DNA of 64,000 bases from the NCBI GenBank assembly GCA_963713485.1, contig CAVQLW010000005.1, forward strand, positions 129,887 through 193,886, in the 5' to 3' direction. Origin of the DNA: Candidatus Dormiibacterota bacterium. GTDB taxonomy: Bacteria > Chloroflexota > Dormibacteria > Aeolococcales > Aeolococcaceae. Positions 46,959-56,118 of this stretch are shown here, one piece after another (position 1 is the first letter of the stretch; each line of letters opens with the position of its first letter). Below the pieces are notes generated by a model. That model saw only the letters and a program-made list of their open reading frames with translations, searched no databases and was not told the DNA's origin. A program made the position numbers and the translations under genes.

Positions 46959-48239
46959 GTGAGCCGGATGGCGGCGACTCAGGGCGCGCGGTGGCCGTGG
47001 ATCCTCTGGACCACGGTGGTTGCCGTGCTTGTCGTCGCCGCCGCGACGTTCGGCGTGGTGCGGGTCATCGCGTCGCCGCCTGAGGCAACGGTCACCATCG
47101 ATGCGCCTGCAACGCTTTCGCTGGGTGGCAGCGTGGCTCCCCCGGTCCCCACGCCGCGGCAGGGGAGCTTCGCGCTCGCCACGAGCCTTGACGGCATGAT
47201 CTCGGCGCGAGCGGGGACCACGCCGCGGCCCATCGGCTCGGTGGCGAAAGCGATGACGGCCCTGGTGGTCCTCACCGCCTATCCGCTCGCCCCCGGTGCC
47301 GCCGGGCCGCCGCGGACGATGACGTCCGCGGATGTCGCCCTGTACCGGCAGGCGCTCGCCGGCGGCGGATCGACGGTTCCCGTCCGTGCCGGCGAGGTGC
47401 TCACCGAGCGGGACCTGCTGCTCGCGCTGCTCCTGCCGTCGGCCAACAACATCGCCGAGACACTCGCCGTCTGGGTGTCGGGAAACCGGACGGCATTCAT
47501 CGCCAGGCTCAACGCGACCGCGACGGCGCTGGGTATGACCCACACCCATTTCGCGGATCCGAGCGGGGTCAGCCCGCAAACCGTCTCGAGCGCCGCGGAT
47601 CTCGTGCTGCTGGCGCGGGCGGCGTTGTCGAACCCCGCGCTGGCTCAACTGGTGGCCACCCGGCAGGCAACCCTGCCCGGCGGCACGATCCTGACGAACC
47701 TCGACATCATGCTGGCGAAGCAGCCCGGGTGGCTCGGGATCAAGACGGGTTGGACGAGCGCGGCCGGAGGCTGCCTGCTCTTCGCGGCGCGTGATGCGTA
47801 CGCCCCCGATCTCGTCATGACCGTCTGGGGTGCGGTCCTCGGCCAGCCGGCGATGAAGGCGCCCGACCCTGCGCATCCCGAGCTCGGCGCCGCCTTCGTG
47901 GCGGCGCAGAGCGCGGTGGTGGCTGCGTTCCGGCGCTACGCTGCCGTTGATCTCGGAGGCCTGGCACCCGTCGTGACCGGCAGCGTCTCGACGGCGTGGG
48001 GAGATGACACGCAGGTCGTCGTGGCCGCGCATCCGCGCGACGTCGTGCTCGTGCGCGCCGGCGCGACGATGCGGCTGACACTCACCCGGGTCACGCCGCC
48101 CGTTGCGCCGATCGGATCAGGGGTGACGGTGGCCCGGCTGACCGGCGTCGTCGACGCGAAGACGTCGGTGACATGGCAGATCGTCAGCCAGGACGCCGTC
48201 CCCGGACCGTCGGTGTGGTGGAAGCTGCTGCACGGCTGA
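46959..48239 (+). CDS. D-alanyl-D-alanine carboxypeptidase (S11 penicillin-binding protein)
   Basis: N-terminal TM helix, then SVAK (SxxK), PSAN (SxN) and KTGWT (KTG). Confidence 0.85.
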   Translation: MSRMAATQGARWPWILWTTVVAVLVVAAATFGVVRVIASPPEATVTIDAPATLSLGGSVAPPVPTPRQGSFALATSLDGMISARAGTTPRPIGSVAKAMTALVVLTAYPLAPGAAGPPRTMTSADVALYRQALAGGGSTVPVRAGEVLTERDLLLALLLPSANNIAETLAVWVSGNRTAFIARLNATATALGMTHTHFADPSGVSPQTVSSAADLVLLARAALSNPALAQLVATRQATLPGGTILTNLDIMLAKQPGWLGIKTGWTSAAGGCLLFAARDAYAPDLVMTVWGAVLGQPAMKAPDPAHPELGAAFVAAQSAVVAAFRRYAAVDLGGLAPVVTGSVSTAWGDDTQVVVAAHPRDVVLVRAGATMRLTLTRVTPPVAPIGSGVTVARLTGVVDAKTSVTWQIVSQDAVPGPSVWWKLLHG

Positions 48240-48253
48240 CGCCGCGCCCGCGC

Positions 48254-48619
48254 TCACCAGCTGGCGTCGGTTCGTTCCGCCGCGTCGCGCAGGGCCGCCG
48301 TGACCTCGGCGTCATGCCCCGCGAGATCCGGAGCGATCCTGAGACTCTCGATCCGCTCCTTCGCGGTGACCATCTCGAGCTCGTGGAGGCCCAGGTGCGC
48401 GCGTGTCGAGGGCTGTCCCTTGAACGCGAGCAAGGGCTCCCGCCACTTCTGGCGAAGTGCGCGCGGCGAGAGCTCTCCCGCCTTCACGGTGTACCCGGCG
48501 CCGCCGCGAGCCGGGAACAGCCTGAACCGGAAGGCGATGCGCCCGGCTTTCGCGCATTGCTCGCAGCGTCCGTACCGCTCATCCGGGATCTCGGGTCGCT
48601 TCAGACACACTCGGCACAC
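48254..48619 (-). CDS. hypothetical zinc-ribbon protein
   Basis: CRVC...CEQC pair at the N-terminus, followed by a basic domain. The upstream part of the track ORF is antisense to the GNAT gene. Start uncertain (GTG 48619). Confidence 0.35.
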   Translation of the reverse strand: MCRVCLKRPEIPDERYGRCEQCAKAGRIAFRFRLFPARGGAGYTVKAGELSPRALRQKWREPLLAFKGQPSTRAHLGLHELEMVTAKERIESLRIAPDLAGHDAEVTAALRDAAERTDASW

Positions 48620-48644
48620 GCCTCCGAGGATACCGTTCAGGGTG

Positions 48645-49244
48645 ATGCTCGAAGAGCCGGTGCTGCGGACCGAGCGGCTGCTCCTGCGGCCGTTCCGTGA
48701 CGATGATCGCGCGGTGTTCGCGCAGCTCAACGCGGATCCGCGTGTGATGGAGTTCTTCCCGTCGACGCTGACGGCGGCAGAGTCGGACGCGCTGGCGGAT
48801 CGCATCGTGGCGCTGTTCGACGAGCAGGGCTGGGGACTGTGGGCGGTGGAGGTCGTCGGATCGGCGCCGTTTGTCGGCTTCGTCGGCCTGAACAAGGTCG
48901 ACGCGGTGCTGGGGTACCCGTCGGTGGAGATCGGATGGCGGCTCATCCAGCCCGCATGGGGACATGGATACGCGACCGAGGGCGCCACCGCGGCGCTGCG
49001 CTTCGGCTTCGAGGATCTCGCTCTCGACGAGATCGTCGCCATGGCCGCGGTCGGCAACGCGCGATCGCGGCGCGTCATGACGAAGCTCGGCATGACGTAT
49101 CGGGCGGACGAGGACTTCGATCATCCACGCGTTCCGGCCGGCTCGCCACTCCGCCGCCACGCTCTCTATCGCATCGGACGCGCAGTGTTCGCGCAGCGCA
49201 GCGGGGCGCCCGGCGAGTTTGACTTGGCGAACCGGAGCACCTAA
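48645..49244 (+). CDS. GNAT-family N-acetyltransferase (RimJ/RimL-like)
   Basis: LRTERLLLRPF, GWGLWAVE, IGWRLIQPAWGHGYATEGA, NARSRRVMTKLGM. Confidence 0.8.
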   Translation: MLEEPVLRTERLLLRPFRDDDRAVFAQLNADPRVMEFFPSTLTAAESDALADRIVALFDEQGWGLWAVEVVGSAPFVGFVGLNKVDAVLGYPSVEIGWRLIQPAWGHGYATEGATAALRFGFEDLALDEIVAMAAVGNARSRRVMTKLGMTYRADEDFDHPRVPAGSPLRRHALYRIGRAVFAQRSGAPGEFDLANRST

Positions 49245-49400
49245 CATCCCCCTTCGGTCGTCGTCATCGCGCAGAGGAACGCTATTTGTGAACGGCAGCA
49301 CTTGCCTCAGACCCGGGCTCATCTCCACCGAGGGACGAGTCCGCATGTCGGGTGTCGCACCTTGACCTGTTGAGCATCGACGCGTTTCCGCTCACAGGAT

Positions 49401-49434
49401 CGTGCGGCACCGGCCGGCACGGTCTTTTTGTTTG
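49401..49434 (+). terminator. intrinsic-terminator-like hairpin plus T-tract in the leader of the ABC-2 exporter operon
   Basis: CGTGCGGC-ACCG-GCC(G)GCACG stem with one bulge, followed by GTCTTTTTGTTTGT. It lies 36 nt upstream of GTG 49470. Confidence 0.4.
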
Positions 49435-49469
49435 TCCAGAGAACAGCAACACGTGAGCAGGAGACATCG

Positions 49470-50318
49470 GTGTCCAGGGTAGGTGACGGCGGAACCGCCG
49501 TCGAGGTGACGAAGCTGGTGAAGTCGTTCCGTCGCGAACGGCCGGGCCGGCCGTGGCGGCGGCGTCCGCAGGGACGCGAGTTCCATCGCGCCATCGATGC
49601 CGTCGACCTGTCCGTGCGCGACGGCGAGATGGTGGCGATCGTCGGTCTCAACGGCAGCGGCAAGTCGACGCTGCTCCGCGTGCTCGCGACGCTGACCATT
49701 CCCGACGAGGGAAGCGCGCGCGTCTTCGGGCGCGACGTCGTTGCCGACGGGCACGAGGTGCGCCGGCACGTGAATCGCGTGTCCGTCGAGGCGAGCTTCT
49801 TCAAGGAGATGAGCCCGTGGGAGAACCTCTCCTATGCGACGCGTCTGTACGGAAGCGGCGGCAAGGGAACCCGTGCGGCGGCCGTCAATGCCCTGACGCG
49901 GCTCGGGCTGCCACGGGACACGCTCGACCGGCCGATGAAGCAGCTGTCGCGCGGGCAGCAGCAGAAGGTGGCGATCGCGCGCAGCCTGCTGACGAGCCCG
50001 TCGCTGCTGCTCATGGACGAGCCGACCACCGGCCTGGACCCCCGCTCGAAGCGCGAGGTGCAGGGGTTCGTGCGCGACATCAGACAGCAGTCGGGGGTGA
50101 CGGTGCTGCTCAGCACGCACGACCTCGAGGAGGCAGAACGGCTCTGCGACCGCGTGATCATCCTCGACCACGGCCGCATCCTTGCTGAGGGAACGGCGGA
50201 GGCACTGCGCGCCGAACACTCGGTCGCCGGTGACGGCGCGACCCTGGAGGACGTCTTCCTCAGGCTCACCGGCAAGAGCTTCGACGACGACACCGAGGCC
50301 GGCGAGGAGGCGTCATGA
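49470..50318 (+). CDS. ABC transporter ATP-binding protein (ABC-2/DrrA-like)
   Basis: Walker [12 protein letters not shown], signature LSRGQQQKVAIA, Walker B LLLMDEPTTGLD. AGGAGA lies 6 nt upstream of GTG 49470. Confidence 0.9.
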   Translation: MSRVGDGGTAVEVTKLVKSFRRERPGRPWRRRPQGREFHRAIDAVDLSVRDGEMVAIVGLNGSGKSTLLRVLATLTIPDEGSARVFGRDVVADGHEVRRHVNRVSVEASFFKEMSPWENLSYATRLYGSGGKGTRAAAVNALTRLGLPRDTLDRPMKQLSRGQQQKVAIARSLLTSPSLLLMDEPTTGLDPRSKREVQGFVRDIRQQSGVTVLLSTHDLEEAERLCDRVIILDHGRILAEGTAEALRAEHSVAGDGATLEDVFLRLTGKSFDDDTEAGEEAS

Positions 50319-51178
50319 GCACGCAGACACGCGACCTCGATCGAGCCGCCGGCGGGCTCCGCATCGAGGCGAACGCGTTCCTCGGCTTCTTCGAGCGGCA
50401 GCGCAACCTCTACCGGCGCTACTGGGTGTGGGAGGTCGTCTGGCTCGTCTACAGCATCGTGAGCACGCTGAGCATCGGCTACCTGGCGTCCGGGCTCACG
50501 ACGTTCAACGGTCCGAGCGCGCCCGCGGAGATCGCGCACGTGCAGCTGTACCTGCTGGTCGGGTCGCTGCTCTGGAGCTACCTGTCACTCGTGTTCTTCG
50601 AGGTGTCGTTCGCCATCGGCTGGGAGCGCTGGGAGGGAACCATCGAGTACACGTTCATGGCGCCGGTGCGCCGTGTCACGCACCTCCTCGGCATCTGCTC
50701 CTTCGCGATCGTCTACGCGATGCTGCGCAGCGTCGTCATCCTCGTGGTCGTCGCGCTGTCCTTCCGGCTCGACCTGTCGCACGCCGACATCGTCGCGGCG
50801 CTCGTCGTGCTCGCCGCGGCGACGCTGCCGGTCCTGGGCCTCGGGATCTTCACCTCGATCCTCCCGCTGCTCTCGCCGGAGAAGGGCGAGCAGATGACCG
50901 TCGCGGTGCAGGGGGTGCTCCTGCTGGTGTCGGGTGTGTACTACCCGGTGCAGGTGCTGCCGGCGGTGCTGCGCGCCGTCGGGCAGGCATCACCGCTGAC
51001 GTACACGCTCACCGGGATCCGTTCGGCATTGCTCGATCACGCCGGCGTCGGTGCGCTGCTCGGCACCATCGCACTGCTGGTCGCGATGGGCGCGGTGCTC
51101 ATCCCCGGCGGCCTGCTGGTGTTCTCGCGCGCCGAGCGCCGTGCCAAGCGGCTCGGGCTCCTCAAGCGGAGCGGGTGA
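50315..51178 (+). CDS. ABC-2-type transporter permease
   Basis: Six hydrophobic helices. ATGA overlap with the ATPase gene. Confidence 0.8.
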   Translation: MSTQTRDLDRAAGGLRIEANAFLGFFERQRNLYRRYWVWEVVWLVYSIVSTLSIGYLASGLTTFNGPSAPAEIAHVQLYLLVGSLLWSYLSLVFFEVSFAIGWERWEGTIEYTFMAPVRRVTHLLGICSFAIVYAMLRSVVILVVVALSFRLDLSHADIVAALVVLAAATLPVLGLGIFTSILPLLSPEKGEQMTVAVQGVLLLVSGVYYPVQVLPAVLRAVGQASPLTYTLTGIRSALLDHAGVGALLGTIALLVAMGAVLIPGGLLVFSRAERRAKRLGLLKRSG

Positions 51179-51193
51179 CCTGGAACGAGTCGC

Positions 51194-51724
51194 TCAGAGG
51201 TCGAGATGGTGCGTGTACGTGGGGAACCGGCCGAGCCCACCGTGCATGCCGCCTTCGAGCACGCCGTCGCGAGTGAAGCCGAGCCGCTCCGCCACCGCGA
51301 GGCTCCGCCGGTTCTCCATGCCGGCGTTGAGCACGATCCGGCGTGCGCCGGCGCTGTCGCGCGCCCACGCAAGGAGGGTGAGCGCCGACTCGGAGACGTA
51401 GCCGCGGCCGGTGCGGTCGGTCCGCAGCCAGTAGTGGATCTCGAACTCGGCATCACCCCGCCGGTCGATGCCGATCACCCCGATCGCCACCCCGTCCTCC
51501 GTGATCGCGAAGTGATAGAGGTCTCCCTGGTCCCAGCCCGGCACCGCTCGATCGGCGTACGCCACCTGGGTCTCCAGGGTGACGTCGACCGCCCACGGCA
51601 TCCACGGCAGCAGCTCGGGGCGCGACGCGAGCCGTGCGCGAAGCAGGTCGTCGTCGTGGTCGTGGGATACCGGCTCGAGCACGAGCCGGTCGGTGCGGAG
51701 TGGCAGCCGCGGGACGTTGCTCAC
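51194..51724 (-). CDS. GNAT-family N-acetyltransferase (RimJ/RimL-like)
   Basis: LRTDRLVLEPV, IHYWLRTDRTGRGYVSE, NRRSLAVAERLGF. Confidence 0.8.
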   Translation of the reverse strand: MSNVPRLPLRTDRLVLEPVSHDHDDDLLRARLASRPELLPWMPWAVDVTLETQVAYADRAVPGWDQGDLYHFAITEDGVAIGVIGIDRRGDAEFEIHYWLRTDRTGRGYVSESALTLLAWARDSAGARRIVLNAGMENRRSLAVAERLGFTRDGVLEGGMHGGLGRFPTYTHHLDL

Positions 51725-51916
51725 ACACAGGGTCTAGCAGACCCGGACCCATCCGGGTCCGGTTGGTTTGACCAAAGCTGTCCTGAGGGAGCCACAGAGC
51801 ACGAGCTGTTGATCTCGAGCCCTGCTCGATCGTCGCGGCCACGGCGGCTGCGGCGGCGACCCCCACGGGGTCGGTTGCGTTGACGAACACACTCACAGGT
51901 GCGTATATTTGTTCGT

Positions 51917-52186
51917 ATGAACGTCGAGGTGAGGGCAGTCGGCCTCCGTGCGATGCGGGACAAGCATCACCTCACGCAGCGCGAGCTGGCGCGCCGGCTC
52001 GGGGTCACGCAGAACTACATTCCGGCGCTCGAGGCGGGGACGCGCAACCCGGGTCCCAAGCTGCGGCAGTCGCTCATGCAGCTCTTCGCATGCGATTTCG
52101 AGGACCTCTTCCAGGTCGTGATGGTCAATCCCGTCGACCATCGGGAGCAGGTGCTCCGTCCCGAGGGCGAGGTTCGCGGGGTCTGA
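51917..52186 (+). CDS. XRE-family helix-turn-helix transcriptional regulator (probably leaderless)
   Basis: LRAMRDKHHLTQRELARRLGVTQNYIPALEAG is an XRE-type HTH. TTGACG-18 nt-TATATT ends 7 nt before ATG 51917. Confidence 0.7.
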   Translation: MNVEVRAVGLRAMRDKHHLTQRELARRLGVTQNYIPALEAGTRNPGPKLRQSLMQLFACDFEDLFQVVMVNPVDHREQVLRPEGEVRGV

Positions 52187-52238
52187 CCGGCCGGGGATCC
52201 CGTTCGGGAGGCCCGGCACGCCTTCGTACAATCGATCG

Positions 52239-52616
52239 GTGTCCGGCGATCGCGACCTGCTCGTGCTCGAGGGAATGTCGTTCTACGGGCACCACGGCGA
52301 GACGGAGGAGGAGCGGACGGTCGGCAACCGGTTCCACGTGGACGTCGAGATCCGCATCGACCTGTCCGAGGCGGGCCGCAGTGACCACATCGCCGACACG
52401 CTTGACTACGCGCACGCGTTCGTGCTGATCCGCGAGATCGTCGAGGATCATCGGTACAACCTGCTCGAAGCGATCGCCGACCGGATCGCCACGCGGCTGC
52501 TCGACGAGCCGCGCGTCGAGGGCGTCAAGGTCCGGGTCGGCAAGCGGCCGCCGATCGCCGGGGACATCGAGCGGTGCGCCGTCATCATCAACCGAGGCGC
52601 GGGGGGACCGGGATGA
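52239..52616 (+). CDS. folB: dihydroneopterin aldolase
   Basis: FYGHHGETEEERTVGNRFHVDVE...DTLDYA...NLLEAIADRIA. Confidence 0.85.
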   Translation: MSGDRDLLVLEGMSFYGHHGETEEERTVGNRFHVDVEIRIDLSEAGRSDHIADTLDYAHAFVLIREIVEDHRYNLLEAIADRIATRLLDEPRVEGVKVRVGKRPPIAGDIERCAVIINRGAGGPG

Positions 52617-53479
52617 GCGCGCAGATCATCGACGGCAAGGCGGTGGCGGCGGAGATTCGAGCGGAGCTTGCCGAGGAGGTGGCGCGCATGACCGCCGGCG
52701 GCGACGCGCCACCGTCACTCGCGGTGGTCCTGTGCGGCGACGACCCGGGCTCGGCCCTCTACGTTCGCAACAAGGGTCGCGCGGCGGAGCGTGCCGGCGT
52801 TCGGTTCGCGCTCCACCGGCCGCCGGCGGAGAGCACCACCGGCGAGCTCATCGACCTCGTCCGCAGCCTCGACGCCGACGACGACATCGACGGCATCCTC
52901 GTGCAGCTGCCGCTGCCCAGGCACGTCGACGCCGCGGCGGTCACCGAATGCGTCTCGCCCGGCAAGGACGCGGACGGGTTTCACCCGTACAACTTCGGGC
53001 GGCTCGCTGAGGGACATCCGGCCGAGGTGGCGCCCTGCACGCCCATGGGGTGCATGGAGCTGTTGCGGCGCAGCGGCGTGGAGGTGCGCGGCAGTCGCGC
53101 CGTGGTCATCGGCCGCAGCACCATCGTCGGGCGCCCGCTGGCGCTGCTGCTCACCAACGCGGACGCGACGGTCACCATCTGCCATTCCCGAACGCGCGAC
53201 CTCGCGGCGACCTGCAGGGAGGCGGACATCCTGGTCGCGGCGGTGGGACGGCCGCACATGGTCGACGCCTCGTACGTCAAGCCGGGGGCGTTCGTCATCG
53301 ACGTGGGGACGACGCCGCAGGACGGGGTGGTGGCCGGCGATGTCGATCGCGCCTCGGTCGAGCCGGTTGCGGGGTGGCTGACGCCGGTGCCCGGCGGGGT
53401 GGGGCCGATGACGATCGCGATGCTCCTCCGGAACACGGTTGCGCTGGCGCGCGCGCGCCGCTTCCCCGCGCGGGTGTGA
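52613..53479 (+). CDS. folD: bifunctional methylenetetrahydrofolate dehydrogenase/cyclohydrolase
   Basis: IIDGKAVAAEIR, GDDPGSALYVRNK, ILVQLPLP, PCTPMG, VIGRSTIVGRP, PGGVGPMT. ATGA overlap with folB. Confidence 0.9.
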   Translation: MSAQIIDGKAVAAEIRAELAEEVARMTAGGDAPPSLAVVLCGDDPGSALYVRNKGRAAERAGVRFALHRPPAESTTGELIDLVRSLDADDDIDGILVQLPLPRHVDAAAVTECVSPGKDADGFHPYNFGRLAEGHPAEVAPCTPMGCMELLRRSGVEVRGSRAVVIGRSTIVGRPLALLLTNADATVTICHSRTRDLAATCREADILVAAVGRPHMVDASYVKPGAFVIDVGTTPQDGVVAGDVDRASVEPVAGWLTPVPGGVGPMTIAMLLRNTVALARARRFPARV

Positions 53480-53482
53480 GCG

Positions 53483-54037
53483 ATGCCGTCGCTGCGAATC
53501 CGCTGGAGTGAGTCCGAGGCGCGCAAGCCCTATGCCCGCCCGTTCATGGTCACCTTCATCGCCGACGACGGCGCCGACGTGGGAAGCGTCGCGGTCAGCG
53601 GCGCAGATCTTCTCTACTACTCGCAGTTCCAGGCAGCCGTGCTCGCCTTGACCGGCGAGCTCTTCACGGACTTCGCCGTCGAGGCGACCGCCGATCCGCA
53701 GGGCGCCTGGCTGGACGCCCTCGCTGCGTTGCTCCCGGCACTGGGGGAGATCACCGTGGCACCGGCCTCGTCGTTCGACGAGCACCACGGCAGGGTGTTC
53801 CGCTTCATCGTGAGCGCCCGTGACAGCACGGCGAGCGTCGATGCTGCCGTGCTCCTCGAATACCAGGAGTTCCAGGCGGTGCTCGCCCACCAGACGGGCC
53901 GGATCTACCGCGACGTCGAGATCGAGACCGTCCCCGACGCCGGCACCAGGCGAACGGCGTGGAACGCGACGCTCACGAGGCTGGTGAGCCGCCCCACCGC
54001 GGGCGAGGCGATGAGCGAGGTATGGCCGTGGCGGTGA
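53483..54037 (+). CDS. hypothetical protein with internal tandem duplication, embedded in the folate operon
   Basis: 184 aa. The two halves align: RPFMVTFIADDG..LLYYSQFQAAVLALTGELFTDFAVE..AWLDAL with RVFRFIVSARDS..LLEYQEFQAVLAHQTGRIYRDVEIE..AWNATL. There is a 3-nt gap after folD and a 16-nt overlap with folC. Confidence 0.55.
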   Translation: MPSLRIRWSESEARKPYARPFMVTFIADDGADVGSVAVSGADLLYYSQFQAAVLALTGELFTDFAVEATADPQGAWLDALAALLPALGEITVAPASSFDEHHGRVFRFIVSARDSTASVDAAVLLEYQEFQAVLAHQTGRIYRDVEIETVPDAGTRRTAWNATLTRLVSRPTAGEAMSEVWPWR

Positions 54038-55311
54038 GCGGCACGGCCTACGTGCGGGCGGTGGCAAGGCTCGACGCGGTCGCCTGGCGCGGGATCATGC
54101 CGGGGCTCGAGCGCACGCGGGCGCTGCTCGCGGCGCTCGGGAACCCGCAGACGGGGCTTCGCGGCGCGCTGGTCGCGGGCACGAACGGGAAGGGATCCGT
54201 CTGCGCGACCGTCGACGCCGTGTGCCGGTCGGCGGGATACCGGACGGTGCTGCTGACGAGCCCGCACCTCCAGTCGTACTGCGAGCGGATCGTCCGCGAT
54301 GGGGTCGCGGTCACCGAGGCCGAGTTCGGGGTGCTGGTGGCGACGGTGGTCGATGCGGCCGAGGCGCTGCCCGACGAGCTGCAGCCGACCGGCTTCGAGG
54401 TCCTCACCGCCGCCGGAATCCTCGCGGCGCGCGAGGCGGACGCGGAGGTGCTGGTCTGCGAGGTGGGGCTCGGCGGCCGGCTCGACAGCACCAACGTCCT
54501 CGACCTCGGCGTCGCCGTGATCACGAACGTCGCGCTCGATCACCAGGATCTGCTCGGCGCCACCATCCCCGAGATCGCGCGCGAGAAGGCGGCGATCATC
54601 AAGCCCGGCAACCGGGCGGTGACCGGAGCCGTCGAACCCGCGCTCGCGGTGGTCAGGGCTCGTGCGACCGAGACCGGCGCGACGCTGTCGGTGGTCGGGG
54701 GAGACGTGCCCTTCAGCGGCCGGTCGGCGGGAATGAGCGGTGTCGAGGTGGAGACGCGCTTCGCCGGCCACCGGATCGCCGTGCACGCGCCGCTGCGGGG
54801 CGACTTCCAGGTCGCCAACATCGCCACCGCGGTCGGCGTCTGCGACGCGCTTCGCGAGACGGGATTCGCCATCGACGCGGAGGCCGTGCGGCGGGGGTGC
54901 GACAGCGTCCACTGGCGCGGGCGGATGCACTGGATCGAAGGTGAGCCCTCGATCCTCATCGACGGCGCTCACAACCCCGCGGGGATGGCGGCGATGGTCG
55001 CGGCGGCGCGTAACCTGATCGGCGGCCGCCGGTGCGTCGCGGTTTTCGCGGCGATGCGCAACAAGGACGCGGCATCGATGGCCGCCGGTCTCGCGGAGCT
55101 GACCGGGGAGATCGTGGTGACCGCTCCGGCGGTGGAGCGCGCCACGCCACCGGAGGACCTCGCCGCACTGTTCGATCCCGGGGCGGCGGTCGCTCCGGAC
55201 GTGGGCTCGGCGCTCGAGGAAGCGCGCCGGCGCAGCGGGCGCGACGGCGTGGTCGTGGTGTGCGGCTCGCTCTACCTCGCCGGCGAGGCGCTCACACTCC
55301 TCGGCGTGTGA
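54022..55311 (+). CDS. folC: folylpolyglutamate synthase / dihydrofolate synthase
   Basis: VAGTNGKGSV (P-loop), LTSPHL, GLGGRLDSTNV, IDGAHNP. Mur-ligase architecture. Confidence 0.85.
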   Translation: MAVAVSGTAYVRAVARLDAVAWRGIMPGLERTRALLAALGNPQTGLRGALVAGTNGKGSVCATVDAVCRSAGYRTVLLTSPHLQSYCERIVRDGVAVTEAEFGVLVATVVDAAEALPDELQPTGFEVLTAAGILAAREADAEVLVCEVGLGGRLDSTNVLDLGVAVITNVALDHQDLLGATIPEIAREKAAIIKPGNRAVTGAVEPALAVVRARATETGATLSVVGGDVPFSGRSAGMSGVEVETRFAGHRIAVHAPLRGDFQVANIATAVGVCDALRETGFAIDAEAVRRGCDSVHWRGRMHWIEGEPSILIDGAHNPAGMAAMVAAARNLIGGRRCVAVFAAMRNKDAASMAAGLAELTGEIVVTAPAVERATPPEDLAALFDPGAAVAPDVGSALEEARRRSGRDGVVVVCGSLYLAGEALTLLGV

Positions 55312-55314
55312 GGG

Positions 55315-55644
55315 TCAGGCGGCGAGCACCGCCAGGAGCTTGGCCTCGAGGGACTGCTTCGGCTGGTAGCCGACGATGCGCTCCTCGGCCTTGCCGCCGC
55401 GGAAGATCATCAGCGTGGGGATGCTCATGATCCCGAACATCCCCGGGGTGATCGGGTTGGCGTCGACGTCGACCTTGGCCACCTTGACCTGACCGTCGTA
55501 CTGGGTCGCGAACTCCTCGACGATCGGGGCGATCATCTTGCACGGGGTGCACCACGAGGCCCAGAAGTCGACAAGGACCGGAATGTCGGAATCCAACACC
55601 TCGTCCTTGAAGGTGGTGTCGGTGACGGTCACGGGGTGGGCCAT
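55315..55644 (-). CDS. trxA: thioredoxin
   Basis: VLVDFWASWCTPCK active site (CTPC variant). 109 aa. CAGGAG lies upstream of ATG 55644. Confidence 0.9.
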   Translation of the reverse strand: MAHPVTVTDTTFKDEVLDSDIPVLVDFWASWCTPCKMIAPIVEEFATQYDGQVKVAKVDVDANPITPGMFGIMSIPTLMIFRGGKAEERIVGYQPKQSLEAKLLAVLAA

Positions 55645-55685
55645 GTGGGTCTCCTGATAGTGGGGCAGACGCTGATCCATCGTAC

Positions 55686-56036
55686 TCAACGGGCGGTGTC
55701 GGTCGAGGCAGAGGACTTGTCGGACGAGGCGGTCGACGTCGATGCGCTCGTCGTGCCGGCGTCGCTCTTCGTGGCGGTCGAGGCCGTGTCCGAGCTCTTG
55801 TCCGAGCTCTTTCGCGAGGCCGAATCTCCGCCGTCGGAGGTGATCGACGACGAGGACGCGCCGCGACTGTCGGTCTTGTAGAAGCCGGAACCCTTGAAGA
55901 CGATGCCGGCGGGGAAGAACAGCCGGGCTGACGCGCCCCCACACGAAGGGCACGCGGCCCCCGGCTCGTCGCGCATCGTCTGCCAGACCTCGAACTCAGT
56001 CGAGCAGCTCCGGCAGCGGTATCCGTATGTGGGCAA
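55686..56036 (-). CDS. FmdB-family zinc-ribbon protein with Ser/Thr-rich tail
   Basis: MPTYGYRCRSC...EFEVWQ...CPSCGG matches the CxxC_CxxC_SSSS pattern. GSGFYKTDSR. Confidence 0.75.
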   Translation of the reverse strand: MPTYGYRCRSCSTEFEVWQTMRDEPGAACPSCGGASARLFFPAGIVFKGSGFYKTDSRGASSSSITSDGGDSASRKSSDKSSDTASTATKSDAGTTSASTSTASSDKSSASTDTAR

Positions 56037-56118
56037 AGCGTGTGTTCCCTGGTCGCGGGTGGTGATGCAACTCTACCCGGGCGGGGTCGCGGCCCAAACA
56101 CGTCGCGCCGCGCGGGGG

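Noticed and set aside
46536-48032. 498-aa ORF on the - strand.
   Set aside because: It is antisense to hup and the D-Ala-D-Ala carboxypeptidase, which carry clear family motifs. Its composition is Arg/Gly/His/Pro-rich with no domain signature.
55686-55870. Low-complexity tcg/gac/gtc-rich DNA.
   Set aside because: It encodes the Ser/Thr/Asp-rich C-terminal tail of the FmdB-family zinc-ribbon protein.
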